DNA of 64,000 bases from Bacteroidia bacterium (GCA_030427255.1 JAUHWY010000001.1:48141-112140); one strand, 5' to 3'. Shown: positions 20,538-31,339, counted from the stretch's first letter. A program made the numbers and translations. The notes: a model not told the origin generated them from the letters alone.

Positions 20538-22364
20538 TTACTTAAAATCTAGCCCCAATTTAGTTTTAAGTTCCATAAGCGCCGGGTTTTTTCGACACAT
20601 TTCTTCGAACTTTTCTTGATTGGTGTAAGGTTTAGCGCTGTTTTCCTGAACGCGCACTTCCGTTTTAAACTCAATAAAATCGTTGCTTAGTTTTTCTCGT
20701 ACATGAGCCAACAACTCTTGCCGTACTTCGTCAAAACTTTGCTCCTGTCCTCCATAATGCAAAACCACCAAAAACTCAGTTTCAGAGGCTTGTTCAAGCA
20801 AGCATTGACTCAATAAGGTTTGCAACATGGGGCGTTCCGACAGACCCGAACAAAAATCTTGAACGGCTGCTTCCAAAGCTTCCTTGGTAAAGGGCTCCTT
20901 TGCTTTAGGTTCCCAGTTTATGTCACCGGCAGCTTTTTGTTCTTGAATGCCCTTAATGGACAAACCTCGGCTTACAGCTTGCCTGCGCCGAGGTTTGTCT
21001 CTTGTTTCTTGATCCCCGGCATCGGGCGGGGGAGCTTTGCTTTGTTCTATCGTTGGAGGCGCTTTTTCCTCCGCTTTGGCCTCATGCTCCTTTACTAATT
21101 CTTGCGGCTCTGCTGAAGGTGCTGCAAAGCGATCTGCCTTAGCTATTTCTTTTTCCTGACTCAATGCCTGAGGCGCACCGGAGCTGCTGTTAGCGGGCCT
21201 GGAGTCTTCGGAACTTTTCGGGGGTTGAGTTCCTTGGCTTTTTGCTCCTTCCGGCCCCGAGCCGGGATCAGGATTGAGCAATCGCACCAAAAGCAGCATG
21301 GATAGCTCCAAATGCAAGCGTTTGTTGTTGGCATTGCGGTATTGCCCTTCGGACTGTGCAATGTGCTCCAGCATAGCTACTTTCTTGTCCAGTCCAATAG
21401 TGGCTGACTGAGCTACATACCGCTCCTTTACCTCATCCGTTGCTTCGAGCAATTTGGCTGTTTCAGGGCGATCTACCACCAATAAATTACGGATATGCTC
21501 TGCCAATCCGGCCAGCAAATGCCCCCCGTCAAATCCAAGATTCAGGACCTCGTTTACCAGCAACAACAAGTCCGTTCTTTGGGCGTCTCTAGCCATGTCT
21601 ACCATTTTAAAATGGTAGTCATAATCCAATACATTCAGGTTTTCAATCACCTGTTGGTAGCCAAAACTGGTGCCGGAGAAAGTGACAATTCGGTCAAAAA
21701 TACTCAGCGCATCCCGCAGTGCACCGTCGGCCTTTTGTGCAATCACATGCAGCCCCTTTTCTTCGGCTTCTATGTTTTCTTTTACGGCAATCCGTGCTAG
21801 GTGACCGGTAATATCGTCAACGGTAATTCTTTTGAAATCAAAGATTTGACACCTAGATAGGATGGTAGGCAGAATTTTATGTTTTTCGGTAGTGGCCAAT
21901 ATAAAAATGGCGTGCTTGGGCGGCTCCTCCAAGGTTTTTAAAAAGGCATTAAAGGCCTGTTGGCTGAGCATATGCACCTCATCAATGATATACACCGCAT
22001 AACTGCCCACCTGCGGCGCCATCCGCACCTGATTTATAAGGTCTCGAATGTCGTCTACTGAATTGTTCGAAGCCGCATCCAACTCATGGATATTGAAGGA
22101 ATGGGAGGTCTGAAACCCAACACAACTTTCGCAAGTTCCGCAAGGTTCCATTTCTGCAGATGGATTCATGCAGTTCAGCGACTTAGCCAATATTCGGGCA
22201 CAGGTGGTTTTGCCCACCCCGCGTGGACCACAAAACAACAGCGCATGAGGAATTTTCTTGCTTTTTAAAGCATTCCTCAAGGTGCTGGTAATGTGGGTCT
22301 GCCCAACTACATCATCAAAAGATATGGGCCTATATTTCCTGGCCGATACTACAAAATCCTCCAT
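20538..22364 (-). CDS. dnaX: DNA polymerase III subunits gamma/tau
   Basis: AAA+ clamp-loader Walker A (GPRGVGKTT), zinc module CGTCESC, and a low-complexity tau linker. Confidence 0.92.
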   Translation of the reverse strand: MEDFVVSARKYRPISFDDVVGQTHITSTLRNALKSKKIPHALLFCGPRGVGKTTCARILAKSLNCMNPSAEMEPCGTCESCVGFQTSHSFNIHELDAASNNSVDDIRDLINQVRMAPQVGSYAVYIIDEVHMLSQQAFNAFLKTLEEPPKHAIFILATTEKHKILPTILSRCQIFDFKRITVDDITGHLARIAVKENIEAEEKGLHVIAQKADGALRDALSIFDRIVTFSGTSFGYQQVIENLNVLDYDYHFKMVDMARDAQRTDLLLLVNEVLNLGFDGGHLLAGLAEHIRNLLVVDRPETAKLLEATDEVKERYVAQSATIGLDKKVAMLEHIAQSEGQYRNANNKRLHLELSMLLLVRLLNPDPGSGPEGAKSQGTQPPKSSEDSRPANSSSGAPQALSQEKEIAKADRFAAPSAEPQELVKEHEAKAEEKAPPTIEQSKAPPPDAGDQETRDKPRRRQAVSRGLSIKGIQEQKAAGDINWEPKAKEPFTKEALEAAVQDFCSGLSERPMLQTLLSQCLLEQASETEFLVVLHYGGQEQSFDEVRQELLAHVREKLSNDFIEFKTEVRVQENSAKPYTNQEKFEEMCRKNPALMELKTKLGLDFK

Positions 22365-22414
22365 AAGGCTATGCGCTCTGCTTCAAAGATACAATCCCTC
22401 TTCCAATCTTTTGC

Positions 22415-22927
22415 CTAAATCGTTTCGGCATCGGCTGTGCCGGAAAGAGAACCCATTTCTTTGTCAATAAGATACAAACCATTGGCTTCTAGTCCAATAA
22501 GCTTTATTTTATCCTGTATGCCACGCGCTAAAGTCTCCTCTTCGTGCTGCTCCTCTACATACCATTGCAAAAAGTTAAGGGTAGTGTAATCCTTTTCTTG
22601 GGTTGCTATATACACCAATTTATTAATGCCCTGCGATACTTTTACCTCGCCTTCCAAAAAGCAGTCTACTACCTCCATGATGTCCTTAAAATTCAATTGG
22701 ACTTTGTCCGGAGCCGGTGTCAAGGCATGACCGCCTGAGTCGTTGATGTATTTAAACAAGCGAAGCATGTGCATCCGCTCTTCGTCGGATTGCTTATAAA
22801 AAAAGCGCGCTGCACCTTCCATTCCTTTCATTTCGCACCAAGAGGCCATGGCTAAATAGCTGTATGAACTTTGGCACTCTACCTCAATCTGCTCATTCAG
22901 AGCTTCTTCTACTATTTTGGTAAGCAT
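22415..22927 (-). CDS. ftn: Ferritin
   Basis: Ferroxidase-centre residues in MLTKIVEEALNEQIEVECQSSYSYLAMASWC...EERMHM. Start placed at the internal Met. Confidence 0.85.
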   Translation of the reverse strand: MLTKIVEEALNEQIEVECQSSYSYLAMASWCEMKGMEGAARFFYKQSDEERMHMLRLFKYINDSGGHALTPAPDKVQLNFKDIMEVVDCFLEGEVKVSQGINKLVYIATQEKDYTTLNFLQWYVEEQHEEETLARGIQDKIKLIGLEANGLYLIDKEMGSLSGTADAETI

Positions 22928-22935
22928 AATGTTAT

Positions 22936-23859
22936 TTATCTGGTTTGTGGTAAGATAATTCGATATCCGTTTTCTGCCAAGTGGCAATCCTTAAAAATGG
23001 ACTTGGCCTCCTCTAAAACAGGAGCTAAGTCGCGGTAACGCACCGAAAAATGACCCAAAACCAGGGAGCCAACACCCCACTGACGCGCCAATTCTGCCGC
23101 CTCCTTGGCCGTGGAATGCCCGGTTTTTTTTGCTCTTGATTTATGCAGTTCCATAAAGGTCGCCTCATGATATAGAATATCCACAGCATCGTATTTGTTC
23201 ACGCGGTCTAACCTTGGCCGCGTATCTGTAACATACCCATACGACCGTACTTTTGGAGGCGGATCCGTTACCTCATCGCTCAAAATTACGGTGCCATCTT
23301 CCATGCAAACATCCTTGCCTTGCTTAAGTTGCTTTAGCGCCCTAACGCCAGGATGATGCGCCTCCACCCAATCCTTTTTGAGCTTGCGCCCACCTACTTT
23401 CTCATAAAACAAAAATCCGTGGCAGGGCACAGGGTGCGTTAGGGGAACTGCATAGCATTGCAGTCCCTTATCCTCAAACAGCAGTCCCTCAAAATCGGGT
23501 TCCAAAACATGCCTTTCCAACTCAAAACGAAAGGCATTGCCGGTTATGGAAATATAATGGTCCAAAAAGTCCAGCACCACTTGGGGAGCAAATAAACGCA
23601 AAGGCTGTCTTCTGTCTAGCAAATCCATGGTAGACAAAAGACCCGGTAGGCCCAAAAAATGATCGGCATGCGCATGCGAAATCACCAAACATTGCAAGCG
23701 TTGCATGGGCAATTTCTCTTGCCGTATTCGAATTTGAGTCCCCTCCCCACAATCCAATAAGTAGTGGCGGTGATGCACCGTAAGCCATTGACTGCTAAGC
23801 CAACGTTTAGCCGTTGGAACAGCAGAGCTACAACCAAGTATGGTAATTTCAAAATTCAT
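22936..23859 (-). CDS. rnz: Ribonuclease Z (tRNA 3' endonuclease, MBL fold)
   Basis: MNFEITILGCSSAVP...HAHADH motif. The ORF-track N-terminal extension into GC element C is rejected. Confidence 0.85.
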   Translation of the reverse strand: MNFEITILGCSSAVPTAKRWLSSQWLTVHHRHYLLDCGEGTQIRIRQEKLPMQRLQCLVISHAHADHFLGLPGLLSTMDLLDRRQPLRLFAPQVVLDFLDHYISITGNAFRFELERHVLEPDFEGLLFEDKGLQCYAVPLTHPVPCHGFLFYEKVGGRKLKKDWVEAHHPGVRALKQLKQGKDVCMEDGTVILSDEVTDPPPKVRSYGYVTDTRPRLDRVNKYDAVDILYHEATFMELHKSRAKKTGHSTAKEAAELARQWGVGSLVLGHFSVRYRDLAPVLEEAKSIFKDCHLAENGYRIILPQTR

Positions 23860-23862
23860 GTT

Positions 23863-24021
23863 TGGCGGCCTTTTCCGGCTGCCCGCTTCAAGTCCTCGGC
23901 CCTCGGCCCGGCAGGCTATACCGCACAGGGAGTTTGCTGCGCTCCACTCCTGTGCGCTAAGCCTGCCAGGGCCTCGTACCTCCGGGCTTTCCGCTTGCAT
24001 CCGGGGCCGGGTGAAAGTACA
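23863..24021 (-). repeat. GC-rich intergenic element, copy C (reverse orientation)
   Basis: Reverse complement aligns with copy B. The central hairpin keeps pairing through compensatory substitutions (CACAGGAG/CTCCCTGTG here, GAAAGGAG/CTCCCTTTC in B). Confidence 0.6.
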
Positions 24022-24261
24022 ATTTTTAATGGCATTCTTTTGAATCCACCTTGGGCTTGCGCCCTTGGGCTTTTTTTTTATCCAAACAGCACTTTTTAAA
24101 CCTCCACCCTTTATCCAAGCTTAGTTTGGTTGATGTAGAGATTTTTAATTTCAATACATTCTGATAATCAGCATATTAAAACCTTACATGTAGAGATTTT
24201 TTTCCAAATATTGGAATGGGTTTTGGAAACAAACAACACACAAAACACCCTCCAAAATTTC

Positions 24262-24293
24262 AAAAAAAAAAGCCTGCAATTGCAGGCTTTTTA
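24262..24293. terminator. Bidirectional rho-independent terminator
   Basis: A10, AGCCTGCAATTGCAGGCT hairpin, then T5. Confidence 0.6.
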
Positions 24294-24310
24294 AATCGTT
24301 TGAAACAGAA

Positions 24311-25180
24311 TTAATGCTGTACCATTAACTTATCCACAACTTGTGTTCCGTTAAGGTTTAGGCTAAGTCCATAGATTCCGTTGCTCAACGTGCTTGTAGG
24401 AATGCTTAAGCGTTGAGTGCCTGCCTGCACGAAATATGCTTGCTCAAATACTACACGTCCCAATGCATCGGTGATGGCGATTTGAGCCATTCCGGCGCTA
24501 GGAGCATAGATGGGCAATTCGGTGTAATTATGCGCAGGGTTGGGTTGCAAGGGCAGCAATTGAAGCCCATTGCCCTCACCAAAGTTTTCTACGGAGGCAG
24601 TAGCACAAATAGGCATAGCAATGTTGAAGGACAATACTCCATCTGTTCCCGGAACATCGTTGCAACCTAATCCGAGTGGGTCAATACGGCCCCTCACATC
24701 CACCTTGAAATATACGGTGTCGCAAGGATTATTGATAGGAGTGGGCACATTGGTCGAGGTCAAGCGCAAGCAAACCCTTTTCAAGTTTGTATTAGGCGCA
24801 ATGTCGATAGGGGTATTTTGAGAATTTGCCGGAGTAATGGCCGGACTCTGTGCATCTTGCCATACTTCCCAGTCAAAGTTGAAATTGGCGGGAATGTTTT
24901 GGTTGTAAGATGCCGCCGTATCTAAGCTTACGCTCAAGATTTTGATTCCACACAATTCAATGGAATCGCCGGGAGTCGGGGTAAGGGTGTTATCCACTTG
25001 TCCGGGAAGAACCACTGTATTTTGGTGGTTGTAATTGGTACCGGTTACCGCTTCGGGTATGGGGTTGGGGTTAAATCCCAATTCAGTAGCTGATGGATCC
25101 GGAGGAAATGGAGAACAAATTTGAGCTTGAAGGGCAGTGCCTAAACACATGGCCACAAACAGAGTACATGTTTTATTCAT
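24311..25180 (-). CDS. Secreted protein with a T9SS C-terminal sorting domain
   Basis: Signal peptide MNKTCTLFVAMCLGTALQAQ and a CTD ending ...GIYGLSLNLNGTQVVDKLMVQH. Confidence 0.7.
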   Translation of the reverse strand: MNKTCTLFVAMCLGTALQAQICSPFPPDPSATELGFNPNPIPEAVTGTNYNHQNTVVLPGQVDNTLTPTPGDSIELCGIKILSVSLDTAASYNQNIPANFNFDWEVWQDAQSPAITPANSQNTPIDIAPNTNLKRVCLRLTSTNVPTPINNPCDTVYFKVDVRGRIDPLGLGCNDVPGTDGVLSFNIAMPICATASVENFGEGNGLQLLPLQPNPAHNYTELPIYAPSAGMAQIAITDALGRVVFEQAYFVQAGTQRLSIPTSTLSNGIYGLSLNLNGTQVVDKLMVQH

Positions 25181-25205
25181 AAAACAGAAATTAAGAAACA
25201 AAAAA

Positions 25206-25598
25206 TTAACGGTCGTTTTCTTCTTGACTTAAGTCGTTGGCGATATTATCCATAATAATGAAATCTTCGATTTCGTTGGGATTATGGATAATGTTAAGGA
25301 TGCTATCGAGTTGAGAAATGGTAATCAACTTCATAACCGATTCCGACACCCCGGTAATTACCAAAACTCCCTGTGCTGTTTTGCACAGGCGGTTGGCCAC
25401 CAAAATTGAAGAGAGGCCACTGGAGTCAATGTACTTCACCTCGCTCAAATCGATCACTAAATTTTTAACCCCCTTTCCGTTTTGGAACACAATTTCCGAC
25501 TTAAGGTCAGGAGAAACCACACTATCTAGTTTGTCGGTTTCTATCTTGAGGGCTACAAAGTGATTTTGAGGATTGGTTGCAATACTCATTTTAGGCAA
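25206..25598 (-). CDS. STAS domain protein (anti-sigma factor antagonist-like)
   Basis: SpoIIAA-like fold signature LVIDLSEVKYIDSSGLSSIL. Confidence 0.75.
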   Translation of the reverse strand: MPKMSIATNPQNHFVALKIETDKLDSVVSPDLKSEIVFQNGKGVKNLVIDLSEVKYIDSSGLSSILVANRLCKTAQGVLVITGVSESVMKLITISQLDSILNIIHNPNEIEDFIIMDNIANDLSQEENDR

Positions 25599-25635
25599 TT
25601 TTAGGCAAAGTTAACAAAAAACAAAGGGCGGAGCA

Positions 25636-26580
25636 CTATGGATGGCTAGCCAATAGAAATAAAACCGCCATCCGTACGGCGACCCCATTTTCTACTTGAT
25701 CCAAGATGAGAGAGTCGGGACGGTCGGCCACTTCTGAACTAATCTCCACACCTCTGTTCATTGGGCCGGGGTGCAGCACCAAAGGAGGCTTTTCTAAACC
25801 TTGCAAATGCTGTTGTTGCAGGCCATAGAATCGCGCATATTCATAATTTCCGGGGAAGTAGCTGCCCTCTTGTCTTTCTTTTTGAATACGCAAGATATTA
25901 AGTGCGTCGTGACTGCCAACCACCTCCTGGAGTTTATGGTATACCTTTACTCCCAAACGTTCCATATTTCTGGGAATTAGGGTAGGGGGGCCACATACGC
26001 TAACCTTAGCCCCGAGTTTTTGCAAGCATCGAATATTGCTCAGGGCCACCCGGCTGTGCAAAATATCACCCACTATGGCAATGCGTTTTCCTGCCAAATC
26101 TCCCAAATGTTCTTGTAAGGTAAAGGCGTCAAGAAGCGCTTGGGTAGGATGTTCGTGCGTTCCATCACCTGCATTAATGATCTGAGCATGCTTACTTTTG
26201 GCAACTTGGGCTAAGCGTCTAGCCAAAAAGTGACTTGAACCCACCGCCGAATGGCGAATAACCACCATATCCACCTTCATGGCTAAGATATTATTGGCCG
26301 TGTCCACCAAGGTTTCCCCTTTAGCTAAACTGGATTGACTACCGGAAAAGTTGAGCACATCGGCACTAAGTCGCTTTTCTGCCAGCTCAAAACTCAGCTT
26401 GGTACGTGTGGAGTTTTCGAAGAACAGGTTTGCTATGGTAATGTCTCTAAGCGAGGGAACTTTTTTAATAGGTCGTTGGAGCACTTCTTTAAATTCGGTA
26501 GCTGTGCTCAAAATGTGCTGAATGTCCTCGACGCTCAGCTCCTGAATACCTAATAGGTGGCGCACAGAAAGGCTACTCAT
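25636..26580 (-). CDS. pyrB: Aspartate carbamoyltransferase catalytic subunit
   Basis: STRTKLSFE carbamoyl-phosphate-binding motif and HPTQALLD. Confidence 0.9.
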   Translation of the reverse strand: MSSLSVRHLLGIQELSVEDIQHILSTATEFKEVLQRPIKKVPSLRDITIANLFFENSTRTKLSFELAEKRLSADVLNFSGSQSSLAKGETLVDTANNILAMKVDMVVIRHSAVGSSHFLARRLAQVAKSKHAQIINAGDGTHEHPTQALLDAFTLQEHLGDLAGKRIAIVGDILHSRVALSNIRCLQKLGAKVSVCGPPTLIPRNMERLGVKVYHKLQEVVGSHDALNILRIQKERQEGSYFPGNYEYARFYGLQQQHLQGLEKPPLVLHPGPMNRGVEISSEVADRPDSLILDQVENGVAVRMAVLFLLASHP

Positions 26581-27125
26581 GGCGTATCATCGTTGGCGAC
26601 AAGAATTTGATCTTGTCCATGAAACTCTTTCCATTCCACCAAAATTCTTTGATGGGACTGTGATTCGGCTTTGAAGCCAACAAAATCAGCTTGAATGGGC
26701 AATTCTCGGGTCAAACGACGATCGACCAAAACCATTAACTGAACAGAAGAAGGTCTTCCAAAGGATTGGAGTGCATCTAGGGCTGCACGAATGGTTCTGC
26801 CGGTGTACAATACATCGTCTATTAAAATCACTCTTCGGTTTTCAAGGCTTACCGAAAGTTGGGTAGAGGCAGGGGCGGCAGGTTTGTTCCGTCGTCTAAA
26901 GTCGTCTCTATGGAAGGTGATGTCCAAAAGTCCAAAGTCAAAAGATTTTTCCGGAGCCAAATGCTCCAGCGACTGTTGAATACGCCGAGCCAGAAAAGTG
27001 CCCCTAGGTTGAACCCCAACCAACACCGGATTTGGGTATTGAGCATGAAACTCAAGCACCTGAATGGCAAGCCGCTGTATGCGTTCTTGCATGTGTTTCC
27101 CATTCCAGAGTAACCGCGACTGCAT
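26577..27125 (-). CDS. pyrR: Bifunctional pyrimidine operon regulator / uracil phosphoribosyltransferase PyrR
   Basis: PRTase motif VILIDDVLYTGRTIRAALDAL; overlaps pyrB by 4 nt. Confidence 0.9.
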   Translation of the reverse strand: MQSRLLWNGKHMQERIQRLAIQVLEFHAQYPNPVLVGVQPRGTFLARRIQQSLEHLAPEKSFDFGLLDITFHRDDFRRRNKPAAPASTQLSVSLENRRVILIDDVLYTGRTIRAALDALQSFGRPSSVQLMVLVDRRLTRELPIQADFVGFKAESQSHQRILVEWKEFHGQDQILVANDDTP

Positions 27126-27146
27126 GACTGAACTTTGGATAAAGGT

Positions 27147-27180
27147 AAAAAAAAAGCCCCCCGAATTTTCGGGGGGCTTA
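27147..27180 (-). terminator. Rho-independent terminator of rpsA (minus-strand sense)
   Basis: AGCCCCCCGAATTTTCGGGGGGCT hairpin with a T-run in the minus-strand transcript. Confidence 0.65.
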
Positions 27181-27185
27181 TGGGC

Positions 27186-28991
27186 TTACTTCTTATCCTC
27201 GTCCTTTTCGTTTTCCTCAAGTTCTTTCTTGAGGTTAGAAAGGGCGCTGATGTCTCCCAGCGTGGTAACCTCCACTTTCGAGGTTTTGGCTGTGGAGCCT
27301 TTGCTCTTAGATTTCGAGGGCTTCTCGTCGATTTTGACTTCTTCTCGGTTGCCGTCCCAAGTGCGGGTATGCGATACCAAGATTTTTTTGTCGTCTTTAG
27401 AGAATTCCAAGATGGCAAATTCGAGTTGCTCCTCCAGGTTTGCCTTACTTCCGTCCTCTTTTTTGAGGTGCTTCATTGGGGCAAAGCCTTCAATTCCGTA
27501 TGCTAAAGCCACTACAGCACCTTTGTCATTGAGTTCAATGATGGTTCCTTTGTGGTTTTCCTCAGGCTTAAATACGGAAGCAAATACTTCCCAAGGATCC
27601 TCTTCGAGCTGCTTGTGTCCAAGGCTCAACTTGCGGTTTTCCTTGTCGATATCAAGCACAACTACTTGAATTTTCTCATCGATTTTGGTGAAATCGCTAG
27701 GATGCTTGATTTTCTTAGTCCAGCTCAGGTCAGAGATATGGATTAAGCCGTCGATACCTTCTTCCAGCTCTACGAAAATACCGTAGTTGGTGAAGTTTTT
27801 AACGGTGGCTTCATGTTTGGAGCTAACCGGGTAACGCACCTCAATATCTTCCCAAGGATCTTTGGTAAGCTGCTTCATGCCCAAGGACATTTTGCGGTCT
27901 TCCCGATCGATGCTCAAGATGGTGGCTTCTACTTCGTCACCAACTTTAAGGAAGTCTTGGGCTGAACGTAGATGCTGAGACCAACTCATTTCAGAAACGT
28001 GAATCAGACCTTCAACACCAGGAGCGATTTCTACGAATGCACCGTAATCGGCGAGTACTACTACCCGTCCTTTTACTACATCGCCTTCTTTAATGTTGGC
28101 ATCCAATGCTTCCCAAGGATGAGCGCTAAGCTGCTTGAGGCCAAGGGCGATTCGACGTTTTTCGTCGTCGTAATCCAATACCACCACATTGATTTTTTGG
28201 TCGAGCTCCACCACCTCTTCCGGGTGAGAAATGCGGCCCCAACTTAAGTCGGTGATGTGGATAAGTCCGTCTACACCACCTAAGTCTACAAATACACCAT
28301 AAGATGTAATGTTCTTTACGATGCCTTCGAGAACCTGACCTTTTTCCAACTTGGAAATGATATGCTTCTTTTGTTCTTCGAGCTCCTCTTCCAAAAGTAC
28401 CTTGTGGGAAACAACCACGTTCTTAAATTCTTGGTTAATTTTCACAACCTTGAATTCCATGGTCTTACCTACATAGATATCGTAATCGCGGATAGGCTTA
28501 ACATCGATTTGGCTGCCCGGAAGGAAAGCCTCAATGCCAAATACGTCTGCAATCAAGCCACCTTTGGTGCGGCACTTGATAACTCCGGTAATTACTTCGT
28601 CTTTTTGGTGTACTTCGTTCACACGATCCCAAGCACGAATAGCACGTGCTTTGCGGTGGCTAAGTACCAATTGACCGTTTTTGTCTTCCAAATGGTCGAT
28701 GTACACCTCTACGGTATCTCCTACCGCCAAATCGGAATTGTAACGGAATTCGGTACGTGCCACAATACCTTCTGATTTGTAACCAATATTGATTACAACA
28801 TCTTTGGGTGTGAGCATTACCACTTTACCATCAACAATTTCAGCTTCAGCAACGCTGTTTAATGTACCGTCGTACATTTCGGTAAGTGCTTCCCGCTCTT
28901 GTGTGGAATAATTGTCGCCTTTTTTACTTACTGAGTTCCAGTCAAACTCTTGTACGGCAGGCGATGCCGTGTTTTGTTGTTCTTCTGACAT
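27186..28991 (-). CDS. rpsA: 30S ribosomal protein S1
   Basis: Six S1 repeats and a Lys/Glu-rich C-terminal tail. Start at MSEEQQ. Confidence 0.9.
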   Translation of the reverse strand: MSEEQQNTASPAVQEFDWNSVSKKGDNYSTQEREALTEMYDGTLNSVAEAEIVDGKVVMLTPKDVVINIGYKSEGIVARTEFRYNSDLAVGDTVEVYIDHLEDKNGQLVLSHRKARAIRAWDRVNEVHQKDEVITGVIKCRTKGGLIADVFGIEAFLPGSQIDVKPIRDYDIYVGKTMEFKVVKINQEFKNVVVSHKVLLEEELEEQKKHIISKLEKGQVLEGIVKNITSYGVFVDLGGVDGLIHITDLSWGRISHPEEVVELDQKINVVVLDYDDEKRRIALGLKQLSAHPWEALDANIKEGDVVKGRVVVLADYGAFVEIAPGVEGLIHVSEMSWSQHLRSAQDFLKVGDEVEATILSIDREDRKMSLGMKQLTKDPWEDIEVRYPVSSKHEATVKNFTNYGIFVELEEGIDGLIHISDLSWTKKIKHPSDFTKIDEKIQVVVLDIDKENRKLSLGHKQLEEDPWEVFASVFKPEENHKGTIIELNDKGAVVALAYGIEGFAPMKHLKKEDGSKANLEEQLEFAILEFSKDDKKILVSHTRTWDGNREEVKIDEKPSKSKSKGSTAKTSKVEVTTLGDISALSNLKKELEENEKDEDKK

Positions 28992-29240
28992 ACAATCAGA
29001 ACTGCCGAATAACATTCAAAACTTCCAGGAACAGTCGGCGTTGGAAGTTTTGTCCGCCATTCGTAGGTTTTACATGATTTAAACCCGACTGTCCCTTCAA
29101 TTGGGCTGCAAAGATAGCCTTTATATACTATCTGTCAAGTTTTTGACCCATGTTTTTCTTATCCGCCTTTTTTTTGAAAGGATTGTAGACAGAAAAGAAT
29201 ATTTTTTGTAATTTTAACTAACATCAAAACTCCCACTCTG

Positions 29241-29456
29241 ATGAAAACTTCCACACCTCTATTAATTGCTATTGCTTTTTTGTTCACTGCTATGCTTTTG
29301 CCTTCTTGCACAAGTCAAGAATATGCCAAAGCCCATAGACCTGGTGTTGACCGTTCGTACTTACTCGATGCTTCTCTTCAAGCCGAACAAGCTACAGGTC
29401 TTCCTCCCCACAACGGAGGGGCAAATACGCCGGGATTGACGCGCAGTCATAAATAA
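29241..29456 (+). CDS. Putative small lipoprotein (71 aa)
   Basis: Clean signal peptide plus lipobox (LLPSCTSQ); no homology recognisable. May be spurious. Confidence 0.3.
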   Translation: MKTSTPLLIAIAFLFTAMLLPSCTSQEYAKAHRPGVDRSYLLDASLQAEQATGLPPHNGGANTPGLTRSHK

Positions 29457-29594
29457 GTAGGTACTCCTAGCTTTAGGAAAAGCTGAATCCTGAATCCCTC
29501 CGGGTGTTATCTCTTGGAGGGATTTAGTGTCTCTTTCCATGTTTTTTCTTGAGGGATTGAAGACCTTTAACCCATGGTTTTTTCGGCGGCGTTT

Positions 29595-29820
29595 CTTTTC
29601 CAGACGCTTCGGTCAGGATTTTAGAACCTGCCGCTACGTGCTGAGGCTTAGGTACTGAGGCTTAGGTACTGAGGCTTAGGTACTGACGCTTAGGTACTGA
29701 CGCTTAGGTGCTGACGCTTACGGTCTGCATCCCTGAGTCAGCATCTTTGATTCAGGGTTTATAACCCCTATGCTTCGGTCAAATCTCAAGCATCTTGTTT
29801 TGACCATAGCGTCAGGAGTT
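29595..29820. repeat. REP/BIME-like cluster: CCTGAC-GCTTCG-GTCAGG palindromes plus a ~6.5-copy 14-bp tandem array (CTGAGGCTTAGGTA, 29637-29723)
   Basis: CAGACGCTTCGGTCAGG at 29601-29617 and GACCATAGCGTCAGG at 29801-29815. The tandem units are seen directly in the sequence. Confidence 0.6.
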
Positions 29821-30044
29821 CCTCATTTGCAATGGGTAAAAAGGTCAAGTTCGCAGTTGAACCGACAGGCTTAGTGTCTATGCCTTAGGAGCTTGTTTAA
29901 TGTTTTACATTAGAAATTAGATAAAGGGATCGGGGCACCCTTGGTTTCCTTTTTTAGGGCAGATTTTTAATTTTTTTTCACATTGTTTCGAGATTTGGCC
30001 AAAAAGGCAGTAAGTTTGGCCTCCTTATTATATACTATAGCTGC

Positions 30045-31253
30045 ATGAGCAAACATCCATTGGATTTCATTGAGCCCAAAACACCTTCAGCCGGGCGCAA
30101 GTACAAAGCCGGAGGAGGCAAAAAGGTGCCTTTTTCGGAGTTCGTCCACGACTATGTAAACGGAGACGTTGACATCAAAGGCGATTTTATTGAGTTCATG
30201 GAATGTCGGAACGAGTATTTCGATTACCGACTAACCTGGAAACACATTAAGTTTTTCTTCGGACGCATGATTCCCGAAGTGGTCATTCATAGCAAATCGC
30301 AAGATGAGCGTATTGTACGCGACCACTACGACCGCGGAAACGATTTCTTTTCTTCGTTTTTGGGACCACGCATGATTTATACTTCCGGTTTCTGGAACGA
30401 TCCGGCTACCGAAACTTTGGAGCAGGCTCAGGACCGCAAGATGACCATGGTATGTGACAAGCTGCACATGCAACCAGGCCACAAGCACCTAGATATTGGC
30501 TGCGGTTGGGGTACTTTGGTGGCTTATGCTTCTAAGTTTTATGGAACAGATTCTACCGGTATTACCTTGGCTCAAGACGGTACCGATCATGGCAATAAGC
30601 AAATTGCGGACCATGGTGTTGCCGACAAAGCCCGGATTTTGCGCATGGATTACCGTGATATGATTACTCCCGGTAAGAACGACTTGAAATTCAACGCCAT
30701 TACCTGCTTGGAAATGGGTGAACACGTAGGGCTTCGCAAGTTCCCTAAGTTCATCAAGAATATTTACGACAAGCTGGAAGACGATGGTCTTTTCTACATT
30801 CAACAAGCCGGTCTTCGTGCTAACCCGGGTCTTTTGGCCAAAGGTGAGCACTGGGAAGATTTGGTTTGGGGTTTGTTCATGAACCAATACATTTTCTCCG
30901 GAGCTGATGCCTCCACTCCACTTGCTTTCTTAGTGAAGTGTTTGCAGAATGCCAATTTTGAGGTTCAAAGCGTGGAGAACATCGGAATTCACTATTCCCA
31001 CACCATGACTTGCTGGTACCATAACTGGGAAAGCAACAAGGAGTATATCCTTAAAACTTATGGTGAGTGGTGGTACCGCATTTGGCGCGTATTCCTTTAC
31101 TGGTCTGTAATTGTAGCTCGTCAAGGAAGCTCTACCTGCTGGAGCATTGTAGCTCATAAAAACCTGAACAGTGTTGACCGGAACCGCTACATCGGAAGGG
31201 TCAACTTGGGAGAACGTATGGACCTGAATTCCGTTAAGGAGTTTGCGGTTTAA
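30045..31253 (+). CDS. Cyclopropane-fatty-acyl-phospholipid synthase family SAM-dependent methyltransferase
   Basis: SAM-binding motif HLDIGCGWGTLVAYASKF and the CFA-synthase-like C-terminal region. Confidence 0.85.
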   Translation: MSKHPLDFIEPKTPSAGRKYKAGGGKKVPFSEFVHDYVNGDVDIKGDFIEFMECRNEYFDYRLTWKHIKFFFGRMIPEVVIHSKSQDERIVRDHYDRGNDFFSSFLGPRMIYTSGFWNDPATETLEQAQDRKMTMVCDKLHMQPGHKHLDIGCGWGTLVAYASKFYGTDSTGITLAQDGTDHGNKQIADHGVADKARILRMDYRDMITPGKNDLKFNAITCLEMGEHVGLRKFPKFIKNIYDKLEDDGLFYIQQAGLRANPGLLAKGEHWEDLVWGLFMNQYIFSGADASTPLAFLVKCLQNANFEVQSVENIGIHYSHTMTCWYHNWESNKEYILKTYGEWWYRIWRVFLYWSVIVARQGSSTCWSIVAHKNLNSVDRNRYIGRVNLGERMDLNSVKEFAV

Positions 31254-31339
31254 TCCCTAATTTCTTTGTTTGAAAGGACAGCATTTTTTGCTGTCCTTTT
31301 TTTTTGTCAAGTTTTGAAGCATGAGACCGATGGTTTGTG

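Noticed and set aside
23860-24099. N-terminal extension of RNase Z (to 24000) and the plus-strand ORFs at 23764-24099 and 23840-24043
   Set aside because: They lie inside GC-rich element C. The conserved RNase Z N-terminus begins at MNFEITILG.
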